Part shown: positions 42,771-57,673 of the stretch, piece by piece | Layout: each line of letters opens with the position of its first letter | How positions within the stretch are numbered: the stretch's first letter is position 1 | Source: the human T2T-CHM13v2.0 reference genome, Homo sapiens | Length of the DNA stretch: 64,000 nucleotides | Assembly (NCBI RefSeq): GCF_009914755.1 | Contig: NC_060926.1 | Reading direction: 5' to 3' (one strand) | Notes under the pieces: generated by a model | Seen by the model: only the letters and a program-made list of their open reading frames with translations | Told to the model about the DNA's origin: nothing | Databases searched by the model: none | Translations under genes and position numbers: made by a program

Positions 42771-44640
42771 CAGTCTCTCTTAATTGGGGCATTTAGCCCA
42801 TTTACATTTAAGATTAATTCTATTATGTGTGAATTTGATCCTGTCATTATCATGCTAGCTGGTTATTTTGTCCATTAGTTGATGCAGTTTCTTCATAGTG
42901 TCGATGGTCTTTTCAATTTGGTATGTTTTTGCAGTGGCTGGTGCCGGTTTTTCCTTTCCATTTTTAGTGCTTCCTTCAGGAGCTCTTGTAAGGCAGGCCT
43001 GGTGGTGACGAAATCTCTCAGCATTTGCTTGTCTGTAAAGGATTTTATTTCTCCTTCACTTTTGAAGCTTAGTTTGGCTGGATATGAAATTCTGGATTGA
43101 AAATTCTTTTCTTTAAGAATGTTGAATATTAGCCCCCACTCTCTTCTCGCTTGTAGGGTTTCTGCAGAGAGATCCACTGTTAGTCTGATGGGCTTCCCTT
43201 TGAGGGTAACCCGACCTTTCTCTCTGGCTGCCCTTAACAGTTTTTCCTTCATTTCAACCTTGGTGAATCTGACGATTATGTGTCTTGGGGTTGCTCTTCT
43301 TGAGGAGTATCTTTGTGGTGTTCTCTGCATTTCCTGAATTTGAATGTTAGCCGTTCTTGCTAGGCTGGGGATGTTCTCCTGGGTAATATCCTGAAGAGTG
43401 TTTTCCAACTTGGTTCCATTCTCCCTGTCACTTTCAGGTACTCTAATCAAATGTAGGTTTGGTCTTTTCACATAGTACCATATTTCTTGGAGGCTTTGTT
43501 CGTTCCTTTTCATTCTTTTTTCTCTAATCTTGTCTTCATGCTTTATTTCATTAATTTGGTCTTCAAACTCTGATATCCTTTCGTTCACTTGATCGATTCG
43601 GCTATTGATACTTGTGTATGCTTCACGAAGTACTCATGCTGTGTTTTTCAGCTCCATCAGGTCATTTATGTTCTTCTCTAAACTGGTTATTCTAGTTAGC
43701 AATTCCTCTAACCTTTTTTCAACGTTCTTAGCTTGCTTGCATTGAGTTAGAACATGCTCCTTTAGCTTGGAGGAGTTTGTTATTACCCACCTTCTGAAGC
43801 CTACTTCTGTCAATTTATCAAACATTCTCAGTTTTGTTTTTTTCCCTTGCTGGCAAGGAGTTGTGATTCTTTGGAGGAGAAGAGGCGTTTTGGTTTTTGG
43901 AATTTTCTGCCTTTTTGCACTGGTTTTTCCCCATCGTTGTGGATTTACCTACCTTTGGTCTTTGACATTAGTGACCTGCAGATGGGGTTTTTGTGTGAAT
44001 GTCCTTTTTGTTGATGTTGATGCTATTCTTTTCTGTTTGTTAGTTTTCCTTCTGTCAGGCCCCGCTGCTGCAGGTCTGCTGGTGTTTGCTGGAGGTCCAC
44101 TCCAGACACGTTTGCCTGGGTATCACCAGTGGAGGTTGCAGAGCAGCAAAGATTGCTGCCGGTTCCTTCCTCTGGAAGCTTTGTCCCAGAGGGGCACCTG
44201 CCAGATGCCAGCCAGAGCTCTCCTGAATGAGCTGTCTGTCGACCCCTGCTGGGAGGTGTCTCCCAGTCAGGATACACGGGGGTCAGGGACCCACTTGAGG
44301 AGGCAGTCTGTCCCTTAGGAGAGCTTGAGCACTGTGCTGGGAGATCTGCTGCTCTCTTCAGAGCCAGTAGGCAGGAACATTTAAGTCTGCTGAAGCTGTG
44401 CCCACAGCCACCCCTTCCCCCCAGGTGCTCTGTCCCAGGGAGATGGGAGTTTTATTTATAAGCCCCTGACTGGGGCTGCTGCCTTTCTTTCAGAGATACC
44501 CTGCCCAGAGAGGAGGAATCTAGAGAGGCAGTCTGGCTACAGCGGCTTTGCTGAGCTGCGGTGGGCTGTGCCCAGTTCAAACTTCCCAGTGGCTTTGTTT
44601 ACACTGTAGGGGGGAACCACCTCCTTCTCAAGCCTCAGTA

Positions 44641-44772
44641 ATGGCAGACGCCCCTCCCCCAACCAAGCTCAAGCATCCCAGGTTGACTTCAGACTGCTGT
44701 GCTGGCAGTGAGAATTTCAAGCCAGTGGATCTTAGTTGCTGGGCTTCATGGGGGTGGGATCTGCAGAACTAG
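44641..44772 (+). other. L1 ORF0-like antisense ORF (43 aa) in the L1 5' UTR
   Basis: gtaATGG start; MADAPPPTKLKHPRLTSDCCAGS resembles the ORF0 N-terminus MAGAPPPASLPPCSLISDCCAS; in frame with track ORF 44548-44772. Confidence 0.6.
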
Positions 44773-45829
44773 AACACTTGGCTCCCTGGCTTCAGCCCCC
44801 TTTCCAGTGGAATGAATGGTTCTGTCTCACTGGTGCTCCAGGTGCCACTGGGGTTTGAAAAAAAACTCCTGCAGCTAGCTCAGTGTCTGCCTAAATGGCC
44901 ACCCAGTTTTGTGGTTCAAACCCAGGGCCCTGGTGGTGTAGGCACCTAAGGGAATCTCCTGGTCTATGGGCTGCGAAGACTGTGGGAAAAGCGTAGCATC
45001 TGGGCCAGAATGCACTGTTCCTCACAGCACAGTCCCTCACAGCCTCCCTTGGCTAGGGGAGGGAGTTCCCCGACCCCTTGCACTTCCTGTGTGAGGTGAT
45101 GCCCCACCCTGCTTCTGCTCACCCTCCATGGGCTGCACCCACTGTCTAACCAGTCCCAATGAGATGAGCTGGATACCTCAGTTGGAAATGGCAAAATCAC
45201 CCACCTTCTGTGTTGATCTTGCTGGGAGCTGCAGACTGGAGCTGTTCCTATTTGGCCATCTTGCCTGGATCTACTTTTAATTCAATTTTCCTAGAAACTT
45301 CAATTTGAAATTTCCTCATACTGTTCACAGGTTAGGCACTAAGATTATAGCAGTGAATTAAATAGATGGAATCCCCTGTTGTTATGAAACTTAAAGCCTA
45401 GTTGATAACTCAGTCAATAAACAACTTTCCAGATAAGTGTATAATTATAATACAGGATGCTATAAGAGGGTTTAAAAGGGATCTAATTTAGGCTGGAGTG
45501 TGGAGAAGTTCTCCTTGAAGAAATGATATTTTATTTATTTTCTCAGATCCTTAATAAGTCAAAGTAGCAAAATTAAAGGCAAATATTTAAATGGAACATA
45601 GTCAGGCACTGCTTTTAATTCTGTAATAAACAAGACAGATGCAAACTTTCTAAATAAATCGTAAGCAAATTGAATCTAACATGTGCTGATGATAAGGTAC
45701 TATATATTCCAGAAATAAAATAATGATCAGTAGCAGAAATCTATGTACTATCAATATTGTTCATGAAATTAGTTGATTTTTCAAATGATTATTTCAATGG
45801 CTATAGAAAAAACATTCTATAAGGCACAC

Positions 45830-48136
45830 CGTATAGTCTGTTCTCACGCTGCTAATAAAGACATACCAGAGATTGGGTAATTTATAAAGCAAAAGAGGGT
45901 TAATGTACTCACAGTTCCACATGGCTAGGGAGGCCTTATAATCTTGGCAGGAAGCAAAGTAGGAGCAAAGGCACATCTTACATGGTGGCAGGCAAGAGAG
46001 CATGTGCATGGGAACTGCCGTTTATAAAACCATCAGATCTCATGAGACTCATTTACTATCATGAGAACAGCTCAGGAAAAACCTGTCTCCATGATTAAAT
46101 TACTTCTTGCTGGGTCCCTGCCACAGCACATGGGGATTATGGGAGCTACTTTTAAAGATGAGATTTGGGTGGGGACACAGCCAAACCATATCATTTCACC
46201 CCTGACCCCTCCCAAATCTCATATGCTTACATTTCAATCCCAATCATGCCTTCACAACAGTACCCAAAGTCTTAACTCATTTCAGCATTAACTGAAAAGT
46301 CCAAGTTCAAAGTCTCATCTAAGACAAGGCAAGTCCCTTCTACCTATGAGCCTGTAAAATCAAAAGCAAGTTAATTACTTCCTAGATACAATGGGGGTTT
46401 AGGCGTTGGGCAAATACACCTGCTCCAAATGGGATAAACTGGCCAAAACAAAGGGGCCACAGGCCCCATGCGAGTCCAAAACCCAATAGGGCAGTCATTA
46501 AACCTTAAAGTTCCAAAATGATCTCACCTCCTTTGACTCCATGTCTCACATCCAGGTCACACTGATGCAAGAGGTGAGCTCCAGTGGCCTTGGGCATCTC
46601 TGCCCCTGTGGCTTTGCCACAGACCCCTTCCCAGCTGCTTTCAGGGGCTGGTGTTGAGTGTATGCAGCTTTTCCAGGCATATGGTGCAAGCTGTTTGTGG
46701 ATCTACCATTTTGGGGTCTGGAGGATGGTGGCTGTCTTCTCACAGCTCCACTAGGCAGTGCTCCAGTGGGGACTCTGTGTGGGGGCTCTGACTCCACATT
46801 TCCCTTCCACACTGCCCTAGCAGAGGTTCTCCATGAGAGCTCCACTCCTGCAGCACACCTCTGCCTGGACATGCAGGCATTTCCATACATTTTTCTGAAA
46901 TCAAGGCAGAGATTCCCAAACCTCAATTCTTGAATTCTGTATACTTGCAGGCTCAACACCATGTGGAAGCTACCAAGACCTGGGGCTTACATCCTCTGAA
47001 CCCATGGCATGAGCTGTACCTTGGACCTTTTTAGCCAGAGCTGGAGTGGCTGGGATTCAGGGCACCAAGTCCCAAGGCTGCACACAGCAGGGGGACTGTG
47101 GACCTGGCCCAAGGAACCATTTTTCCCTCCTAAACCTCTGGGCCTGTGATGAGAGGGGCTGCCACAAAGATCTTTGACATGTGCTGGAGATGTTTTCCCC
47201 ATTGTCTTGGCGATTAGCATTTGGCTCCTCACTACTCATGCAAATTTCTGCCACAGGCTTGAATTTCTCCTCAGAAAATAGGTTTTTCTTTTCTACTGCA
47301 TCATCAGCCTGCAAATTTTTCAAACTTTTATGCTCTGCTTCCTCTTGAATGCTTTGCTGCTTAGAAATTTCTTCTGCCAGATACCCTAAATCATCTCTCT
47401 CAAGTTCAAAGTTTCACAGATCTCTAGGGCAGGGGCAAAATGCCACCAGTCTCTTTCTATAGCAAGAGAGACCTTTATTCCAATTCCCAACAAGTTCCTT
47501 ATCTCCAACTGAGACCACCTTAGCCTGGACTTTATTGTTTGTATCACTATCAGTACTTTGGTCAAAGCCATTCAACAAGCTTCTAGGAAGTTCCAAGCTT
47601 TTCCACATCTTCCTGTCTCCTGAGTCCTCCAAGTACCTAAGAAGTTATAAACTTTCCCACATTTTCGTATCTTCTTCTGAGCCCTCCAAATTGTTCCAAC
47701 CTCTGCCTGTAACCCAGTTCCAAAGTCACTTCCACATTTTCAGTTATCTTTACAGCAGTACCCAACTGTACTGGTACCAATTTACCGTATTAGTCTATTC
47801 TCACACTGCTAATAAATACATACCAGAGTCTAGGTAATTTATAAAGGAAACAGGTTTAACGGACTCACCGTTTCATGTGGCTGGGGAGGCCTCATAATCG
47901 TGGCAGAAGGTAAAGATGGAGCAAAGGTATGTCTTATGTGGCTGCAGGCAAAAGAGCATGTTCCCTGTATAAAACCATCAGATCTTGTGAGACTTATTCA
48001 CTATCACAAGAACAGCTGGGGAAAAACCTGTCCCCATGATTTAATTACCTCCCAGCAGGACCCCCCCATGACATGTGGGGATTATGGGAGCTGCAATTTA
48101 AGATAGGATTTGGGTGGACATAGCCAAACCATATCA
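45830..48136 (-). mobile_element. Complete THE1 (THE1C-like) MaLR provirus: LTR 45830-46193, internal, LTR 47786-48136
   Basis: Two direct LTRs ending ccaaaccatatca, about 1.6-kb internal region with broken MaLR ORF pieces (46546-47632), exact 5-bp TSD cacac (45825-45829, 48137-48141). Confidence 0.93.
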
Positions 48137-48543
48137 CACACTTACTCATGAAAAGAATTTTTTTTAGCAGATTAGGAAAATAAGAAAATCCCTTAACCTA
48201 ATAAGAGAAGAATATTTTTTAAAAATCCTTCAGCAAATAGATTTAATGATAAAACTTTTAAAGTATTTCCATTAGAGTGAGGAGACCATAACTTTTCAAT
48301 ACTGTCCTAGGAGTCCTAGTCAATGTAGAAAATAAGCAGTAAAAATATTAGAGAATGTATCAGTTAGACTAAGCATTATTCAATTTATTGTGGTTTGGAA
48401 ATTTAAAAGTTAACCACATTGTTCATTTCTGAAAGAGACAAAGTTGTCATTATGTGCAAATGATATGATAATCTTATCAAGAGTCAGGACAAGAAGTGGA
48501 AAAACTATTTTAATGAATAAGATAACTCAGCAAAATTTTCTCA

Positions 48544-48958
<415 letters not shown>

Positions 48959-49826
48959 TTAATTTTTCAAAAGTTGGATTTTTATAGGAAAATTATAAAC
49001 TTTTTTAGAGGACATATTAAGACAACTTGAATAAATAAAACTGAAAGGACATATTATTATTTAAAATATCTTCTCAATTTAATCAATAAATTCAATATAC
49101 TCCAATAAAAATTACAAAATAATTTTTCAGAAATTTTGACAAGCTAATTCCAGAATTCATAAAGAAGAGTCAAAGTACATGAATAGTCAAGGCAATTTTT
49201 GAATAAGAAATGTAACAGTTACGTATTTCTTAAATAAAACAAAAACCATCAATTAAAAGGAAAAATATATGATAAGTTGGACTATGCTAAAATTAAAATG
49301 TCCACATAGTTAAATACACTATGAAAAAAGTTGAAAGAAAAGCAAACGACTGGGAAAAGTATTTTTAGCACAATAATTAGCAAAGGATTAATATTCACGT
49401 CATGTATATAGAAGTCCTACAGATTAATTTTAAAAGGACAATAGAAACTGGAGCAGAAACTGGTATGACGCTTTGGAATATGACATGGTAGCATCTAGTA
49501 AACTTAAAAATATACATATCCTGTAATCCATTAATTCTATGTCTCAGTACACTCTCTAGAAAAACACAGATATTACAAAAAGGAGAAACATCAAGGATAT
49601 TCATGGAAGCACTGTTAACAGTAAATAAGTGGAAAAACCTTAATGACCATCAATGAGGGAATGAAGGGATGAAATGTATTATATCCATGCAATTTAATAT
49701 TCAGTGGTAGTTTAAAAGGTCTTTAACTTTATAAATATTAATATGAATAGACACCAAAAGCAATGCTGAAAAAGAAAGGCAAGATAGAGATTGATACATT
49801 CAAGATGATGCTGTTTATGTATATTA

Positions 49827-50255
<429 letters not shown>

Positions 50256-50478
50256 CTATATTTAGATATATGTAAAACTACATGGAGATTAATGTAATTC
50301 TCTTGCAGAATAGACTGGAAGAAAACAGACAACACTTCAAACACACAAGTAGAGAAGGGTGTGGAAAGTGGGGAGGGAATAATCCTGGAGATAGGGTTTA
50401 AAGAACACTGATCTATATATGTAGTGTGTTATTTCTTAAATAAATAAAAGATTAAGAGCCAATGAGACAACATATTTA

Positions 50479-50648
50479 TTGATTGATTGATTGATTTATA
50501 GAGACAGGGTCTCGCTTTATTACCCAGGCTGGAGTACAGTGGTGCAGTCATAGCTCACTGCAGTCTTACACTCCTGCATTCAAGCAATCCTCCCAACTCA
50601 GCCTCCCAAAGTGCTGGGATTATAGGCGTGAGGTACCATGCCAGGTCC
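50479..50648 (-). mobile_element. Alu monomer with left-arm 5' part and right-arm 3' part
   Basis: (attg)n tail; TSD gacaacatattta / gacaaaatattta. Confidence 0.82.
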
Positions 50649-52166
50649 CAGGACAAAATATTTAAAATGTGTAATTCAAAATAGCCAAATAAGACATCTG
50701 CTTTATTACTCTTTGTAACTTTTTCCCTTTGAATCTCTCACAGGTAAGCAAAGTTTTAAAAAGGTACTTATAAATTGCTTTCATACAATGTACATATGCA
50801 GATCAAATGCCCAAAGTGTCTTTAGAATTTTCTTTTCTAAAAGGTCTCTGATTAGAATAATCAGATCACTTTTCTGAACAGGACTGGTTAGGTATGGAAA
50901 GAAAAACAGAAGAGAGGGTCTGAAAGCCAAGTTCATTGTGGGGAATTCTTTGAGTTCTTTTAGAAAGACTTGATTCTGGTTGTGGTGGGGGTGGAAGGGT
51001 GGGTAGGAGAGAGGATAGAGAAAAATTACCCCGAGAGACTCCTTCCTGCAACTCCTCAGACTCTTCCAGCTAACAGAGCATGGGCATGATGCATTAGTGA
51101 GCTGAGAGTAAATAGCAAATGAAGCAGAGGTGCCAGTTCCCTTGAGGCTTAGGTAAGACGTCAGTGGTAAGAAAATACTACATTCTTTTTGTGTAAGAGG
51201 CCAAAAAGGTGAAAATCTCTGGTAAGGCATAATAACAGTAGAAGAGGGAAAGACTAAAGTTCATCTCTCCTGAAATTTATCTTCCGTTATGCCAGTCCAT
51301 GCTAACTTCAAATTCTGAGTAGCAATAGTGCTCATCATATATTGTCATATTATTATAGAGCCACTCAGAAAACAAGAGAAATTTGGGCCGCCTCTTTTTT
51401 TTTTTTCCTGAGGCTCTAGCATATTAAAAATGATGAAATAGCAAAATAGACCTACAATGATTATATATTGTTTACAATTAACAATAGGCTTTTGATACAA
51501 ATTATAATAAAGTAAGTATGCTAGTCATCAGCTACAAATCATGAAAGATATGAAATCATAGTAGACATATGAAAGACAAAAATGTAAATTTCTATGATGA
51601 ATATGTTTGTCTTTTAATCCTGTCATTATCTTTGTGGTTGTATGTAATGCCGCAATAAAAGATCAGGCTAAAAATCTATGAGTTCTTTGTGAATAAGAAG
51701 TCAGGGCCAAACAGTCTTCCTTTGCCATCTCTCCTGCCCTCCTTGTTTTAAGTTCTGCTCATGGGGGTTTCCAACCAGACTATAGCCCAGTTTAAAGGAA
51801 TGACTGTGTCTTATGAGTTGTGGGGCAAGAGGTTGAGGGGAACAAGAGTGTGACTTTGGTTGGATTTGTAGTGGAATGGCACATACCACAAGTCAACAGG
51901 ATGGAAGAGGCAAGTTCAGAGAGGATGACGTAAAGCAGGGAAGGGTAGGAAGATGCCATGAGTTCGGGCAGGTGAGATGCTCAGAGCAGACCCTTGTCCC
52001 TGGTCTATCCACCCTGGACTGAGCCTGGCAGCCCACAGAACTGAGATAGGAATTGGCAGTCGTAGTCTCCAAGACAACAGGCCACATGACCCCACTGATA
52101 AGACAGGAGACAGTAAACAACAGGTCACAAGCCCCTGCTGCTAAGAGGATAACAATAAAGAAACCA

Positions 52167-52616
<450 letters not shown>

Positions 52617-54295
52617 TCAGAAGTTACCCTGAATGGTCTAAACTGGGGAGAAAACCCCAGTTCTGGGAGTTCCCTGCCCCTTTTACAAAAAACTCATGCA
52701 TAATCAATCCCTTATTCAGCATATAATCAAGAAATAATCACAACTATAACAAGTGAGCAGCCCACAATGCTATTCTGCCTATGGGGTAACCCTACTTTGC
52801 TTATGGAGCAGTCTTCCCTTTGTTCCTTTATTTCATTCAACTTCCTCTTGCTTTTTTTCTGTCAGATCGCTTTTGACTTCTTTCTTGTGTGAAGCCAAGC
52901 ACACAAAGTCCCCCAGACTGAACCCTACTTTTGGATGTGCAGAAGGGATGGGTTGGCTGAACTTTTCAACTCCCTTCTCTATTCAATTCATGATCTCATC
53001 GCCATGTTTCATTCTCATATTTCACTTCTTTAAGGGCTTTTCTACTAAGTCTTAAAAATCATTATGTTAACATATACTTTGAGAAATTGTTGGAATAATC
53101 GCCATTTGGTGGGAATATGTTCAGAGAGAGTGGTGGCTTCCCCCATGACCCTTCCATACCTGGAAACACACACCCTGCCATCAAACTGAGCTTCTGACTT
53201 AATGTCTGGGGAAGGCAGCTGACAGGGATCTGGTACTTAAATTGATAGAGGAGGACCTAGAATGTGGAAGAGTGAAGGAATTAGGAGTTCTGGACAAGTA
53301 GAGACAAAATCCCAAGGCATAGAATTCTGTGAACAATGGAATGAGGGTCTAGGCATGGGCACCAGCAGGACAGGGTGCAGCTTGACACTTAGCAGGGTTT
53401 CCCTGCATCCCTACAGCTCAGTCCAGAGGTGGTCCAGATGTGACGCAGGTGGAGCAATCATATAATTCCCATAATGTACATGTCTTATGAACTCATCCAA
53501 ATCAGAAAATACTCTGCCTGCCTGACTGTAGTTCTCTATAAATGAAAAAAAGTGTTATTAAAAGGATTATAAAACTCTAAAAAGTCAGAGCCTACAGTCT
53601 CTGTGCATAAGTAAAACCATTAGATAATCTGGGTGAGAGATCTTTATGGCCATTTGTCATTTGATGATATTTTCTTCACCTGTAAACCCACAACGATACA
53701 CTGTTACTAAGAGAGGATGAAACAGAAAGGCCTGGAACATTCCATTCCCAAGAGATAATTTATCTAAGTTTTAACAAAGAGAAAGAAAATCAAAGCATAA
53801 AATGTTCTCCAGTTTTGGTCTTTTGCACAGTCAAGAGAGGCATTACATACTTACTACTTTGTTATTAAAAATAGAGACTACTCTCCTCCCAATGTCCCAA
53901 ATGAGAAGAGGAAAGTTGGAACTGGATGCCATCAATAGGTTGAGAGACCAGTCACATCAAGGAAGAGAAGAGGGACCAATTTATGTTGGCAACATTTAAC
54001 TTTGATGAGCCTCTTTTTGTCAGCCTCTTCTAACTTGGGGAGGCGGGAGAGGGGAGGAAAATGGCAGAGAGAGAAGCGAAGTGGGGGAAGGCCGTCTAGA
54101 AATCTAGAAGAGAAAAAGTTTACCTGTAAAAAGAAAGCCAATGTGGATTATAATTTAACATAATCTTAAAAAGAAAATAAAGAGACTTCAACAAAAGTCA
54201 AAGCAAACCATTTTAATCAATTTGAACCCCAGTAGGAAGAGGGTAGTTTCCCTTGGCCTTTGGCTAAAAAGTCTACTTAAAAAGCTGGTAGTCCA

Positions 54296-54474
<179 letters not shown>

Positions 54475-55843
54475 TTAGCAGGGAACATTGCTGCACAATC
54501 AGAGGAGTTAGTTTTTAGTCAGAGTTTACCAGAAAATCCCCAGGAAGTCTGAAGTTTCTTCCTCTGTGTCATTTTGAGTTGCTGTCATCTGTCCCTAACC
54601 CCATTCAGATTAGTCAGTGTGAAAGTATTTGAAGGTATTTCTGCCATTAATTTTAATTCATTTCTAATTTTTTTAAAAAAATTCATAAACTAAAAATAAT
54701 AGCAAGTCCAATGATATTAAAAGCTTAAATGTTTTTCTAAGATGATGATTCCTTATAAAAGGAAAAATTCCTTAAAGAGCTGTGTTTAAGAATTCATGAG
54801 ATCAGCTGATCTTTTATCAAGTCACACATTTGTTTCTATCAAACCATTAAGACTATGTGTAATGTCAAAATCATTAAATTCCAAAAATTATTGTGGAAAC
54901 TCTTCTCCACATTATTTTATTATTATTATTTCTACAAATTATTGTGTAAACTGTCCATCCAAGGTGACTACGGACAGAAAGGAAGTGGATGTGATAAAAT
55001 ATCAATGTACTGATACATTGAATTTAAAGTCAGAGAGGGTTCTTGATGGAAAGGACTGCATAAATCAATGAGATCTGTGGTTCTCAACTCTGGTTGCATA
55101 ATAGAATCACCTATATAATGGTATTTCAGTTTTATGTTTCAACTCAGCGTTTTAAGGATATATTCTTGATTATTTCTTCTATTTGAAATCTTCTTATCTA
55201 CACCTCCCATTTTTACCACCACTGCCAAATTTAGCCATGAGAACACCTATACTTCTTACGAGTGATTTTTATTCTCTCTCTTGCTTGAGATCAATTTTTC
55301 TCCAATCTCTTTATATTTTCATTTGAACACCTACAGAATTTTTTAAGACTCTTCTCGACTGCATGAATTTGAATGCTAAAATATTTATGGTTTCTAATGC
55401 AGAATGTAATTAAAGACAGTCTACATTTGTCTTCTTTTTAAAGGTTAATACGTTTGTTATAAAATAATTTAAAATATTAAAACATGAAAAGTATAAAAAC
55501 CATAATGATAATACACAGAATAGGAAATGTATTTATCACACATACAAGAAAATGTTGAAGAAAGTGCAAAATTATTTGTATATATTCTTGTGTATCAAGG
55601 TTTAAGGACTTTTAAATGTATCATATCTAATGAAATGAAATAAACATTTTCAGGACTTTTGGGAAGGACTGTAGATTATTACCACACTTTGAAATATAAT
55701 TTGATAATATATATTATCAAAGCCTTAAATACTTTCATTTCTAAAACCTGGCATTAAGAAAAAAGTCAGCCATCTCTCTGTGTCTCTGTCTTTCCTTTAT
55801 GAATTTCTGCTCCTTTGTCCTAATACCAATGACTTTGGGTATC

Positions 55844-56206
55844 TGTATTAGTCTGTTCTTATGCTGCTAATAAAGACATACCCAAGACTGGTTAATTTGT
55901 AAAGGAAAGAGATTTAATTGACTCACAGTTCAGCATTGCTGAGGAGGCCTCAGGAAACTTACAATCACGGAGGAAGAGGAAGAAAACACATCCTTCTTCA
56001 CACAGCAGCAGCAAGGAGAAGTGCTGAGCAAAAGGGGGAAAGCCCCTTATAAGACCATCAGATCTCATGAGAACTCACTATCATAACAGTATGGGGAAAA
56101 CCACCCCTATGATTCAATTATCTCCACCTGGACCTGCCTTTGACACGTGGGGATTATTACAATTCAAGGTGAGACTTTGGTGGGGACACAGAGCCAAACC
56201 TTATCA
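55844..56206 (-). mobile_element. THE1D-like solo LTR
   Basis: tgtattagtctgttc...gccaaaccttatca; exact 5-bp TSD gtatc. Confidence 0.9.
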
Positions 56207-57553
56207 GTATCCTATTTAGGATTCCATTACATGTTTTATAATTTTTTTCCAGTTTCCATATTAAATCACTTTTGAAAGTACATACATCTTCTGACTCTTC
56301 ATCAAGGACTAATCCCTACTTCCATAGGCTGCAAAGTGAGGATCATAACAATACCTTCTTCACAGTATTATGTAAATTAAATACATTTTCATGTGAAAGG
56401 CTGGGATTGACTAACTGTTGGAAGATTTCTGGAGTTCATTTTGTAATTGAAGCCAAGCTCTTGATTGCCTGTGAGGCTGATATGATGTGGGTGATCACAT
56501 TACATTTCTGGTTTGTTTCTCAAATTTCATCACATTGCTGTGAAAAGTTACCATGGATATGTCAGGTTTTGAGCATGCTGTGCTGCTGGGAGCTTGGTGG
56601 AGACCTTCTGGAGTAGATAAAATGGAGGAAGGTCAAGGTGAAAAGCTATGGTCTTAAGGGGAGGCATTTCCCCATTTCTGCCCATTTTTGCTAGGAATGG
56701 ATGCCAGCCTCACAAGGTAGCCAACTGAACTGGAGCAGTTAGTTACCCTTCCATTTGGGGGCTGGTGTTGTGAAGATCATCCCAAGCAAGAAGGAACTGC
56801 TGAACTGTGAACTTCTGTTTTCTACAAATCATCAAAATTTTTAAGTCTTATTTGCCTTACCCCACGCTTTGCTAGTGTTCTGGGTTGAGGCGGATTTGTT
56901 TCATCACAAAGAACCTATAGAGACATAATGTTTCTTTTTATCTTTCCCAGGTTAGCACGTTTTAACTTAGTTCAGTTGACATAGGGTTATTTTTAAGAAG
57001 AAACTTCAATTGGCAACTAGGAGGGAAAAAAAAAAAACCAGAACAGACTGGTTTACAGTTTCTTTTAAGATATGTTCCCTCCCTTCCTAACTTTCTTGCT
57101 TCCTCTTTTTCTTCCTTTAATTTTTTTTCTGATTCTTTTTTCATTTAATAAATTTCTTGAGCACTGTGCTGGTCAGTGGGGAGTCAAGGATAAATAAGAG
57201 GCATGATTTTCTTCCTCTAATTTAGCTACAATTTACTTTCTCTCTGAGATCAATACTTTTTCTTTTTTGTTTTATATTATACAATGAGAGACGGCCCCTC
57301 TTACTTTATATTCCTTGAACAATAAGGACCCCTAAACATTACACATCTAAAATGATATATTAACACCGGATTTTTTTTCAGTAAGGAAAAAAACAATTTC
57401 CCTAGTAACCAGCTTGCTATAGTCTCTTAGGAAGTTCAGCTATGATTGCTGAATGCTCAAATCTGTCTTATTCTTCTTAAAGTATCCAGGCCATTTTTTT
57501 CAGTATGAGAAATTTAATGATGCTTTAAAAATAATTTTTAAAAACAGCTAACC

Positions 57554-57660
57554 AGCAGGGCATGGTGGTGCGTGCCTGTAGTCCCAACAACACAGGAGGC
57601 TGAGGCGGGAGAATCTCTTGAGCCCGGGAGCTGGAGGTCAGCCTGAGCAACATAGCAAGC
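57554..57660 (+). mobile_element. FLAM-like Alu monomer lacking its tail
   Basis: ggcatggtggtgcgtgcctgtagtccc...cagcctgagcaacatagcaag. Confidence 0.8.
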
Positions 57661-57673
57661 CTCAAACTCCTAG

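Noticed and set aside
42893-43588. 231-aa ORF as a functional gene
   Set aside because: C-terminal part of L1 ORF1p; N-terminus is broken off by a stop or frameshift
43767-44318. 183-aa + strand ORF
   Set aside because: Antisense frame of L1 ORF1 start and 5' UTR, non-ATG start
46546-47632. Several minus-strand ORFs as a retroviral gene
   Set aside because: Broken pieces of the THE1 internal ORF; no intact frame
52660-52672. STAT1 GAS site in MER41
   Set aside because: Reads TTCTGGGAG, failing TTCNNNGAA
55073-55115. MER5-like terminus
   Set aside because: Only about 40 bp of similarity; too short to call
56930-56955. Pyrimidine tract plus cccag acceptor
   Set aside because: No paired donor at exon distance that I can support
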